Origin: Haliotis rubra
Taxonomy: Eukaryota
Assembly (NCBI RefSeq): GCF_003918875.1
Contig: NW_025766836.1
Span: 744,001 to 808,000 of the forward strand
Direction of reading: 5' to 3'
DNA: 64,000 nucleotides
The notes under the pieces are model-generated. The model saw nothing but the letters and a program-made list of their open reading frames with translations, did no database searches and was not told where the DNA came from. This document shows, in pieces, positions 39,510 through 51,095 of the stretch. A program made the position numbers and the translations under genes. How positions within the stretch are numbered: the first letter of the stretch is position 1; each line of letters opens with the position of its first letter.

Positions 39510-41602
39510 GGCATCTGATAATGTCAACCTGACAGAATATCAAAAAGAAGATGACTGATATAGCTTTGTTCATGAGAGAAGAAATACGAAACAGTTTTCA
39601 GGACAGTTTTAACAACATAGATAGACAAGAAGTTCCATCTGAAGCAGGAACAACACATTGCGTGAATGGGATAATTGTCCAGCCACCATCTGTGTCACGC
39701 ACACCTCCAAGACCTGCACCAGTCACTTTCAACAGAGAGAAAAGACGTAGTATTGAGCCCTCTAAAAGGTTCTACACTGTTGGAAAAAAGAAGTGGCCCC
39801 CTCCCTTGAAACCTGATCTCAATCTTTCTCAAACTCCCCATGACTCAACCTTCTCAGCACAACAACACAATCTGTTATGGATCCTCGCTATTCAAACATC
39901 GTTTGAGTTGCAGTTGTTTTGGGTCAAGTCCTATTTGCAAAGGCAACTGAGCTAGTACGGAGAGACAATAAACGCTTCAGAAATGTCGTGGTATTGGTAA
40001 TGATGGGCAACTTGCACACACTTAGCACTTTGATGTCAATTATTGGAAAGTTGCTGGACTTCACGACCTTGTTATAGAGTCAGGAATAGTTGCTGAAGGA
40101 TCGATCAAGAGTATAAGAAGGCAAGCACTACAACCGAGCTGTTCGTCTTCACAAACTTACTCATGAAGCAATGGTGAGATTGATTAGGCTGGAATTCGTG
40201 GAATGGCTTCAGCAAACACGCCCTGATGTTCAACAAACTGAACTTGTCCTTGCAAAACGAGGTGAGCTTCATCAATGTATAAGTCATGAAACCTAAAGAG
40301 AAATCCTTGAGAGAAGTTCCTGGATGGGATGGAAATCTGCACATTGTTCACAACCTATCTCAATGTTTTGCGCCATGAAAGGGGACACCTAGCAGCCATT
40401 TGGATGACCAATATCGATTTGGTGGAAATCTTGCTTGGGCTCATACATGTAGAAAAAGAAGGCAATTGGAACCTCACCTCGTTTGTATTCGTGACATGAT
40501 ACGTTGGTGCTTTTCCATGAACAAAACAAACTATGCAAGATGCCGTCCTGTTTACTATGCACAGAAACATCTCCAGAATTGGACAACCATGTCCATAACA
40601 GAGGTTTTTCAGTTCAGCTTAGCAAAAGAAATCCTTTTGGACGATTTGCTGTTGACCAAGCCACAGAGGAAACAGCCAACACAAACGGCCGGTGGAACTC
40701 GAGGCTTCAGCATGAAACCAGGAACTGTGTCTTGATACTATCTGACAGCAGAGCGCAGAGCCCTGTAGCAACTTCGTCATCTAGAGTCGTTCAAATCGCA
40801 AAGCACGTGCCATGCTGACCTGGAGAAAACACGAACACAGAAGGACGAATGTGATGTCCAAACACTTGTTGACATTCCCTGTAGTATTGGACCAATCTAT
40901 TTGTTGGAAATCACACAGAACTGGTTTGTATATCATCAAGGACTGCAGCTACATCTCAAGTATCATTGGATCTTTTGACTGCACACCAGAAAGGACTAGA
41001 TGCATACAACAAATTCAAGGAAAAACTAGGGGAGGGGGGAAGGCTTTCATAACACACTAAAGTAACTCAAATTGAAAACATTCACTGACATGAACAAGAA
41101 ATCACCAAAAGTTCCTGACAAACACATAGTGTGGAAGGCAGACAAAAGTTTATTTGGAAAGATGGTGCTCATTGCCCCAAACCGAAAATTGGACATGAGA
41201 AATGTCCTCTGTCATCCTCTGGGACCGTTGTCATGGTCACTGGCAAATAGTGATGGAACACTTAAAAAGACCAACAAAGCCATGCTAGCAAGCAAAGTGT
41301 CTTTAGCTGAAACCACCCCATAACAAAGTGCTGCACTCCTTGATGTCATGGCAATCCTCCTGAATCTTCATGGCGACTACCATACTTTTGATGTGCTCTC
41401 CAAGCATTCCAGACGTCACAGATGGACTTGACTGGGAGAAAGATACCAGTGGGAATCTACTGAAGCGGATGACAGGACCTCCAGCTCGAGAAATTGTTTT
41501 GGAACTCATTGGAATGTTCAAGAAAACTGTCGACCATCGGATTGTGTATGTCTCTTGAATGGTATGAAGTGTCCAGCAGCATGCAAGTTGGTAGACTGCT
41601 CC

Positions 41603-42402
41603 AACAATGATGATGATGACGACAACAATGATGATGATGACGACGACGATGATGATGATGACAACAATGATGATAATGACGACGATGATCATGATGATGA
41701 CAACAATGATGATGGAGGCGACGACAACAATGATGATGATGATGACAACAATGATGATGATGATGATGACAATGATGATGGTGACGACAACAATGATGAT
41801 GATGACGACAACAATGATGATGGTGACGACGACGATGATGATGACAACAATGATGATGTGACGACAACAATGATGATGATGACGACAACAATGATGATAA
41901 TGACGACAATGATGATAATGATGACAACACTGATGATGTTGACAACACTGATGATGATGACAACTCTGATGATGATGACGACAACAATGATGATGATGAT
42001 GACAACAATGATGATGGTGACGACAACAATGATGATGATGACGACAACAATGATGATGATGACAACTCTGATGATGATGACAACAATGATGATGGTGACG
42101 ACAACAATGATGATGATGACGACAACAATGATGATGATGACGACGACAATGATGATGACAACAATGATGATGATGACGAAAACAATGATGATGACGACGA
42201 CGATGATGATGATGATGACAACAATGATGATGGTGACGACAACAATGATGATGATGACGATGATGATCATGATGATGATGATGACAACAATGATGATGGT
42301 GACGACAACAATGATGATGATGACGACGACGATGATGATGATGACAACAATGATGATGGTGACGACAACAATGATGATGATGACGACGATGATCATGATG
42401 AT
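41603..42402. repeat. Compound (GAT/GAC/AAC) trinucleotide microsatellite
   Basis: ~800 bp of ATG/ACG/ACA triplets directly after the transposase Cys-rich domain. Confidence 0.95.
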
Positions 42403-42637
42403 AGTCAATAACCACCCATGGCAATCAGCGAAGAATCCTTAAAATTATTGTGTAAGGCTTATTACATTGTAAACCTCACGACTCATGAAGTAATTCAATA
42501 TCTACATATCAACATCTCTTTCAACGATACCACTTGTTGAGATTTTGTGAATATGTGGTATTTAGAGAAAGGTATTTCGTAGGAGTGAGTGAAGGAGTAT
42601 GCTTTACACCACTTATATAGCCGGGCGTGGAACACTA

Positions 42638-43714
42638 AAGGACTATCGGAAATAGAAAAAAAACTGTATTTTCTCATTTATCTCTACAATTTATGTAGTT
42701 GATATGTGCAAGTGCGAAATATCTGTTAAACTAAGTTCGGCCTAATTACAAGTCTCAGTGGTAGGGACATAAGAAACGTAGAAAAAGGACTTTACTGAGG
42801 AGAGATTAGTGCAGAAATGAACAATGCGGGTTTTTTCTAAGTCCAAAGCGATTTATTTGGAACAGACCATGGCTTTATGCAAATTAGTGTGCGACGATAT
42901 TGTATTACAAAGGACACTTTTTAAATGCCCAATTTGAAATTAGACGTATCTTCATTATAAACGATAGCTGGCGTAAAAAATAATAATTTTCATGCTGAAA
43001 CTATTAAGGATGTAGCTACCATGGAGTCTCACTGCCACTATAAAAAGAAACAGATAGGAGGGTTTGTCTCAAAAGCAAAACCTGGACGGGTGTCGCAGAC
43101 GATCTTTGGGGTCGGGCTTTGGGATAGAGATATCAGCTAAGATAAGATAATCCTTTAGGGCAATTATACTGGGGAAGTACACGGCATGTCATAACAATTT
43201 ACAAACAATATCCAGTCCTGTCGATCTTTGCGATCGGGTGGTCATGCCACCTAATACATTCAATACGATGCGTTTCTATGGTTATCAGGTATCATACTCT
43301 TTTACATATCTCAACATACACTTCATGAAAGAAAGACAGGTGTTAATCAATAGATGAGGCATAGTCAACACACATGAAAAGGCACAAAATATCTTTGAGA
43401 TGACCCCTTGTACCTGTAGGCAACACGTGCATTTCATGCCAGGTGAGTCGACGGCCCGTCGTCATACCTGGCTGAGCGACCTAATTGCCATCTATAGTCT
43501 TATCTATTGTTTCCAGCAGCTATTCGTATTTTTTCTAAGTTTTGCCCGATTTTACGAGTAAACATGATTTTCTGGATATTCTATTACGCATCCCAATGAA
43601 TGCTAAGTTAGGCCGAAGTGGGTTATTTCGACATTTGCTATTTGCAGTTGTGTAAATTTTAGGGATACAGAGTAACAGCCTAAAAACAGCTCTTTTCTAT
43701 TTCCGACAGTACTT
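42638..43714. mobile_element. Non-autonomous TIR element with TA TSD, nested in a SINE A inside Academ
   Basis: AAGGACTATCGGAAATAGAAAA / TTTTCTATTTCCGACAGTACTT; removal restores SINE GGAACAC-TA-GAAATGGGCTTC; one-ended copies at 25832 and 32689. Confidence 0.82.
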
Positions 43715-45984
43715 TAGAAATGGGCTTCACACATTGTACCCATATGTGAAATTGAACCAGGGCCTTTGGTGTAACAAGCCAACACTTTAACCACTAGGCC
43801 GTATTTGGAAGGACGCACAATCAATTGAAAAAATTTAACCCTTAACATTTAAACCTTAAGACAGAACCATATTGTTTGAATGTACAGAATCTGTAACCTA
43901 CAGAAATATATTCTGTATGTCCAAGAAAGTTAATCTTATGTCTATCTTTTTAACAGTTTTTCAAATATAAATATATGCAATGATGTACAAATCCTTGCAA
44001 TTAGATATAAAAAAGTGTGAAATTCAATACTGAACTCATTTTACTCTAACATAACCTTCTTCAAGCTTACAATTTGGACTGGGTCATTGTTTTCAGGGGG
44101 TGATAGTCCATTTTTGGCGAACGGCCGCCATTTAGTTAAAAATGGGACCTGCGTTATAAACCTGATTAAAAGTCCATTTTAATTTAGATTTGAATATTAA
44201 ATGGAAACAAATGTATACTTAGAGACATAGGCTTTCTAACTTATGTAAGTTCTCCTCTTAGTGATCATTATTTTCCCGAGAATATAACAAAATATCTGCA
44301 TTTTGGGGGGGAAAATCCTATTTTTTCATACATTTTTCCCAATTTGTAAAACCTAATCATGCTGAACCCCCACAAATTACATATCCAAATGTGGGAAATT
44401 GAATTCTGAACATATTTCACCCACATTTCTATGTCTAATGCTTATAGCTTTAGCTTTAGCATTGTTTTTGTAGACAGATGGTCCGTTTCAAGAAAATGGA
44501 GGCCATCTTTAAAAATGGCCACCAAAAACCTATTTAGCTGGGCACGGGAGGTGTTCATCACGCGATTTCATAGAGTACATACCTTAAAATCATAGTGACT
44601 GTTTGCCCCTCAGTTTGGTAGTCAAATCAATATTTTTAAGGTCTGGCTCAAGGACTATTAGTTATTGGGGATGAAGAGCTGTCGGCATAAGGACCTACAT
44701 AAAACAAAAGCTGTGGTTCCGAGTGGTTTTCAGTCGGCTTCGGGCCTAAGGACCGACGTTAATTTCGAATGCTGGCCCAAGGATTGTATCAGTCGGGGCT
44801 GTCTTCCCACATCAAGCCTTAAGCTATATGAAAATCATAGTGACTGTTTGCCCCTAAATTTGGTAGTCAAATCTCATCTGGCTCGTGGAAGAGTATTATT
44901 TTTTAGAAAATATCATTCAGTAATTTCTTGTTCAAATTTCTAAATTAAACTCTTTAACCCAGTTTGTTAGTTGTCATAATTTTTCTTTGCCGGGAATTAC
45001 TTATAATTGTAGCTAAAATATAGGGCCTACACATTCTGATCAGCACCCACAACTACTTATGGTTCTGGGTCCTCAGAATGGTTCGTGACCTCACAATGTG
45101 TGACGTCACCAATAACGTTGACGTTCTTAGGCTTCACATTGTGTTTTCTACAACTGTTATTTCCAAGACTTTACAGTTATGTACTTATAAATAAACAAAA
45201 CTGAATATTTATCCTGTAATTATTGTTTTTAACTAATGTCATCGTTTATTTTCTGAAGCAGCCAATCAACGTTCAACAAAAGGTGTAACCTCCATAGGGA
45301 CTTACAGGAAAATATTATACAATTATAGACTCTTGTAGAGGTTGATATCGGTTTTTATTGACCTGAGTAAAACAATATCGACCGAGCTTGCGAGGAACAT
45401 AAACTTTTAATGCACACGCTGGGCCATCTACCCAAGTGATCCGATTGGCTGAAAAGCGGGGGAAGCCCCTTCGTACGGGATTCCTTGTCTATTTTTAGTA
45501 ACCCAAGTCAATATCGTAATTTATCAGAAAACTCAAGTCAATATCGTGTTTTGTAGTCAATCATGTGACGGTATTTTGACCAATCGTGGTACAGGAAAAA
45601 TACTACCTATATAATAATATCCTTTATCATCCAAAACTGTGTTCCACTGGAGATATCGCTTGTGTAAGATCGTATGATATCTCCTAGGAGATATCGTTTT
45701 GACAGTAGATTTTTTACAATGCCCTGACAATGCTATGACATCATCAACTTGATGACGTCACAATGCTCTGACATCGCTGCACTGCAAGTCTAATGGTAGT
45801 ACAGTGTTGAGAGATTTTCATTGAAAACTAATGAAACACTCATTGATAAAGGTAAAAATATCCTCGGCAAGCCTCGGATATTTGTAACTTTATCAACTCG
45901 TGTTGATATAAATGATATCAGTAGACACTTGGGTGAGATTCTCTCTGTGTCTTCCTTCTCATATGGGTAATAAATTATCAGAAC

Positions 45985-46552
45985 CTTGCACCTTTATCAT
46001 TTCTTCCTATATGTGATCCTTTGATGCGTCTTTGATCTCAGATGCTTATGAATGTTCGCTGATGATTATTTTATGTGTCGGTTTGTTGTAAAGTATTGAT
46101 GTGTATCTTTCTAAAGTAAACAAGCCTTTTGTTTACAGTCACGTCAAATATCATGTAGCTGACACCAAGATGTCAACCCATTTTATATCCTAACAAGATA
46201 TGACGAAAGAAAATATTGAAACATGTTGTTTATCTGTTATATCGCAATCTCTATTTTACCTATTGTTAAGTTTGGAGGAAAATAAATAATTTAAATCTAA
46301 CTTTGCATGAATGTGTATGCTGTTTCAGTTAGTAATTTTTCATAAACAATGTCTACTGTTTTGATTCTGGGTTCGAATAAATCACGGCAAAATTTGTTTG
46401 ACGTCCGAGGCGACTATTATTGCCAAGGATGTGTTTGGTGATTTTGCACCCTAGTGATTCAATACATGTCACAGGATCGTCCAGTCCATACTGATTATCT
46501 ACATTACAAGGCGTGGATGCGGGAGTGTGGCATGAAACTAGAAACACAGACA
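45985..46552 (+). pseudogene. Orphan inverted LC8 distal 3' UTR and downstream flank (no CDS)
   Basis: Reverse complement of DLC3 14820-15215 and DLC4 24535-25100, including the AATAAA (~46280). Confidence 0.85.
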
Positions 46553-47253
46553 CTGTCATGTCGGAATCATCCTGCCTTGCAACAATATTAACAATATTAA
46601 AGCACCAGAAATGGGCTTCACACATTGTACCCATGTGGGGAATGGAGCCCGGGTTTTCGGTGTGACGAGCGAACGCTTTAACCACTAGGCTACCCAAGCG
46701 CCCGGATTTACAGTAGGTTTGGATTTCACACAGAACAGTAGAAAGTCAACGATGTTGCATTTTTTATTGGTCAACACATAATAAATAGGTAAAAACATAT
46801 AATATAATGCCTCAGAAATATTCCACATATATAATACAAAAGGTGGAATTCATTAATATGCATCCCTTCTTTAAATCATTATAATTGTTCAGTGGCAGTT
46901 GAGCTAAAAATGACAAAATATGTCAATGACTGGTACATGCTCTTGTGACGTCACGGATAAGGTGCAGTGCATGAAAGTCACGTTCCAAAGTCCTGAACTA
47001 TTTTCTTTCATCCACTTCCAGTAACACGTCCTGTTGAAGGCCAAGAGACAGAACGATCGCAGACTGTCTTTAATGCCAGATCTGTTTAATGTTTCGGGCA
47101 TTGTATTCAAGTATATGTTCTTCCATACAATTTAAGACTATTTCATTTATTAAGGTAATGCCCACTCTTTGGTTAAGTGATGGTTACTACGTACTATTAG
47201 AGGTCAGACGATAGAAGGACGTTATAGTCATGGCAATCCGTAGGAAACAAAGG

Positions 47254-47523
47254 TTATCCTGATTTGAAGAGGAGAACGGCCACCTGTCCCAGATAGAAGT
47301 AGATGAAGTGCTTGGTCTCGTGGGTGACGTAGCTGCCAAAGTTGCGGCCGACAATACAATGCCATGTGGGGTTGTACTTCTTGTCGAACTCCTTCTTGAT
47401 GTATGCAGCGATGTCCTTCTCAATGTTGTATTTCTCAAGGGCTGCTGTGGAGCAGTCTACAGCGTCCTGCTGCATGTCCTCGCTCATGTCAGCGTTCTTG
47501 ATGACGGCTTTTCTCTCAGACAT
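47254..47523 (-). CDS. DYNLL: Dynein light chain LC8 (DLC6)
   Basis: Intact canonical-like 89-aa LC8; acceptor T-tract TAG ending 47528; AATAAA (minus strand) at 46763-46768. Confidence 0.97.
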   Translation of the reverse strand: MSERKAVIKNADMSEDMQQDAVDCSTAALEKYNIEKDIAAYIKKEFDKKYNPTWHCIVGRNFGSYVTHETKHFIYFYLGQVAVLLFKSG

Positions 47524-47815
47524 GATTCTAAAAAAAATAATTTCATGTTAGTATCATTTAAGTTTGGTCATTGATATTGTTACTGTTGTACGTGTGTTGT
47601 ACAGATACATTGTTTAATTATTGTTTAACGCCGTACTCAGCGATATTCCAGCTATATGGCGGCGGTGTGTAAATAATCTCGTCTGGACCAGACAATCCAG
47701 TGACTAACAGCATGAGCATCGGATACGAGCAGATAAACAAACACTGCTTAGCCATATAATGAATATCTTTCAATCATATCTGTCCACATTGTAGCACTTC
47801 CTTATTTACACTGGT

Positions 47816-48082
47816 GACCCGTGAAGATCCGGGGTAGAATAGGTCTTCAGCAACCCATGCTTGCCACAAAAGGCGACTATGCTTGTCGTAACAGGCGACT
47901 AACGGGATCGGGTGGTCTGGCTCTCTGACTTGGTTGACACATGTCATCGGTTCCCAATTGCGCAGATCGATGCTCATGTTGTTGATCACTGGACTGTCTG
48001 GTCCAGACTCGATTATTTACAGACCGCCGCCATATAGCTGGAATATTGCTGAATGCGGTGTAAAACTAAACTCACTCACACA
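47816..48082 (+). mobile_element. SINE family B (V-SINE/RUDI-like) in DLC6 intron
   Basis: TSD TATTTACACTGGT; other copies at 50900-51012, 51355-51600, 54440-54680, 56827-57090, 57180-57305. Confidence 0.82.
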
Positions 48083-48656
48083 CTATTTACACTGGTACAG
48101 CTCGTATATAACAACGTCTTGTCTTCGGTTTGTAGAAGCTAACCAGGCGGTGATGGAACCGCAGACATCCCCTTGAGTGTGAGTTTGGTATTCCACCGCT
48201 TTTAGCAATATTCCATTAATATCACGGCGGGGGACACCAGAAATGGGCTTAACACATTGTGCCTATGTGGGGAATCAAATCTGGGTCGTCGGCGTGAAGA
48301 GCGAACGACTTGACCACTAGGCTACCCCATCGCCCCACATTCCCTTGAATGAAACATTCATTGTGTTTAAATATTTAAATTATCAAGAGTAAGTGAGCGA
48401 GTGTACTCCGCTTTCAGCAATATCATGGCGATGGACACCACAAAAAGGCTTCACACATTGTACCTATGTGGGGATCTGAACCAAGAGAAGACGTCCACGT
48501 GACGAGCGAGCGCTGTTCCCAGTGAGCTACCAAACGGCCGTTAAGCCGTAACAAATAAAACTAAAAGCGGTTTTAAAAGGTTTCAGGCATGTACGCTTTG
48601 TTTGCAGCATAGCAGTGTAACTATTCATAACAGAAAGGGAAGAGATAATATGTACA

Positions 48657-48895
48657 CTTACGTTTTATGCTGTGTTGAAACTGGTTCCAATGTTAATCTC
48701 GAAGTGATTGCATTAATGTCACAACTTCAACTGCAGGTCAATATATACGCACCGGGGCAAATGTCAGGTAATAATCCCATGGCAACCACGCCACGCTATG
48801 AAAAGCAATTCTATTGGTTAATCGCCGTATGGTGACTGGCTGAGGCAGGTGTACTCTTTAGGGGGTTCTAACTTCCCGGCATGCCAAAAGCGCGC
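48657..48895 (-). promoter_or_regulatory. DLC6 exon 1 donor and promoter module
   Basis: Donor GTAAGTG at 48661; GTTGCCATGGGAT X-box (48774-48786); ATTGG 48813; TTCCCGGCATGC 48873. Confidence 0.78.
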
Positions 48896-49433
48896 GATAT
48901 CAAACTTTTGTATACAAAAGCTGCTTCACCTTGGTGATGAGTTCCGCTTCAGTGACTTACGCGCTTCAAAGCGTAGTTTTCTTTCACTGGCGGGGTTACT
49001 GGGTTCGATAAATGGTTATGCTCCCTGTTTTGGAAAATATCAAGTATTCATGGGCATTTATTTTAAATTCAGCCCGGATTACCACCATACTCTTTTCAAG
49101 GCTTATAACATTTAGATTAACATATGAATACCAAATAACCGAAATGGTGGAGTAGGTAGGAGCTGACTTGCAGTATATTGCTTCGAATCTCAGGATCGGG
49201 AATATACTTCTGATTAAAACCCGATTTATTAATTTATCTGATATTTAACAGTAAACAACGCCGATCAAATGTCACTTGTCATGTCAGAGCTTTCGGTGAT
49301 CTCTATAAAGAAAAAAGAAAAGCGTGAACATGAATCTCAGGATGTAGTACTAATCTGCCATAAAGACATTTTTAACAACCTGTTACTCTGTTGTCATTCA
49401 AACTCTCTCCGGGTTTTCTCACGGGATGAGATA

Positions 49434-50200
49434 AACTAACGCCTTGTCTCTGAATATATATAATTTTTATGGTAACAAATACATGTAATCACATTTAAAT
49501 TGAAAAGGAGATTCAGAACCTGAGGAAATCTAGACTTGCTTCATTTAGGGCTTTAGCATTGCAGGGAGGGCTAGGCAGTAGGGAAAATAATGTGGTTCAG
49601 GGACCGTGAGACAGACTTTGGCGCTGGGTAGTAAAGGGATGACACGAGGGATGGTTAGTGCTCTGTGTCTGGCTGAAGTGTGACTGTTAAACTGCAGTAT
49701 GACATTCGGTGTTCCTGTACTGTGAAACAGGCATTAGTCCGGACTAGTGCAAGCAAACACAACACTCACATAGTCTATCTCTCAGTCACAGAACCACATT
49801 ATTTTCCCTACTGCCCAGCCCTCCCTGGAATGCTACAGCCCTAAATGAAGCAAGTCTAGATTTCCTTAGGTTCCCAACTCACTGGGGCTCCTTTTCCATT
49901 TAAATGGGTTTATTAGTTACTATCAATATATATGTATATTATATGGTGGCTGATTAGGGCCATCGCTTTCTCGCCTTAAAATTCGGAAAATATCTTGTAT
50001 TCATGGGTATTTATTTCAAATTCAGCCCGGATTACCACCATACTCTTTTCAAGAGTATATTCTATGGTGGCTGATTAGTATGGTGGCTGATTATTTCTCG
50101 TCTCGTGATATCGCTTTCTCTCTTTCTCGCCTCCGAAGTTTAAGGCGAGAAAGCGATGGCCCTACTCAGCCACCATAATATTCAGGGACTCAGCGTTAGT
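49434..50200. mobile_element. Foldback/MITE-like element with long inverted arms and a nested TATGG-terminus MITE (49942-50177)
   Basis: 49495-49615 is the reverse complement of 49772-49905; outer ACTAACGC..CTGAATAT / ATATTCAG..GCGTTAGT; nested TATGGTGGCTGATTAGGGCCATCGC / GCGATGGCCCTACTCAGCCACCATA. Confidence 0.7.
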
Positions 50201-51023
50201 CCACCACTCACACCCACAATCAAGCATACACGTGCATGCACATGCAAATGTCTTCAATCTCATCTCATCGTTAAATTATGAAATTATCAAACCATTTTTA
50301 AACGTTTACTGCAACCATGAAAAGAAGAAGAAAGTATACAATCCATGTGACACAATGGTGAGTGAGTTTAGTTTTACGCCGCTTTTGCCAATATTCCAGC
50401 AATATCACAGTGTGGGACACCCGAAATCAGCTTCACACATTGCACCTACACTCGAGCGTAATTGAACCCGGCTCTTCAGCTCTTCAGCGTGAACGCGAAC
50501 GCTTTAACCACTAGGCTACACCACCGACCCATATGTGTATGAAGTTAGAGACGACAAAGCTTTATGGATGATCAACTTCTTTGTTTTCACAATGGCGACG
50601 TTTCGGTTTCCAAGCATGAATAAACAAGTTGATCATCCATACAGTTTTGTCATCTCCATACCACCAGCTTCTGGAATGCCACTCAAACAAATCATATATA
50701 TGAACTGTTTGATAAAAGGTGGTTCTTTCGGTTTATAATACCAATGTGGGGAATCGAACCTGGGTTTTCGGCGTGACGAGCGAAGGCTTTAACCACTAGG
50801 CTACCCCACCACTCCTTTCCTAACAAAAAAGCTCCGGAAGAAACAGCCCTTCGTGGCACAGAGGTGATATGTTTTCTGCCATTGGACATAATGCTAACGT
50901 TAGTTGGTTGGTTGGTTACTTGTTTAAAGCCACACATGGCAATATTCCAGCTATATTGCGACGACCTGTAATTTATCGAGTCCTGGCCAGACAATCCAGT
51001 GATCAGCAGCATGCAGTATGCCT

Positions 51024-51095
51024 TGCTTGATAACGGTGCTAGGATCTACACCGAAACGTCGCATCTGTTGCAATAAAGAGGTTGTCTATCCATAT
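51024..51095 (+). ncRNA. Minimal type I hammerhead ribozyme motif of a Penelope-like element end
   Basis: TGC-TTGATAA-C-GGTG(C)TAG-GAT-CTACACC-GAAA-CG-TC-GCA followed by AATAAA. Confidence 0.6.

Larger units (their letters stand above)
37678..44817 (+). mobile_element. Academ-type DNA transposon, degenerate, with long (~0.7-1 kb) TIRs
   Basis: Left end TAGCTTGATG..., right end ...CCCACATCAAGC; arms 37678-~38400 and ~44050-44817 are reverse complements. Transposase fragments 39520-41605: MGNLH, ESGIVAEGS, EGKHYNRAVRLHKL, NKTNYAR, FAVDQATEET, HPLGPLSWSLANSDGTLKKTNK, Cys-rich CVCLLNGMKCPAACKLVDCSN. Confidence 0.85.

Noticed and set aside
41303-42424. Poly-His/Cys, poly-Ser and poly-Ile/Val ORFs (could mimic metal-binding or shell proteins)
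   Set aside because: Alternative frames of a trinucleotide microsatellite inside a dead transposon
2138-47523. LC8 copies as retrogenes
   Set aside because: Each keeps a 5'-UTR splice acceptor, and DLC2-6 keep the donor and promoter, which indicates DNA-level duplication
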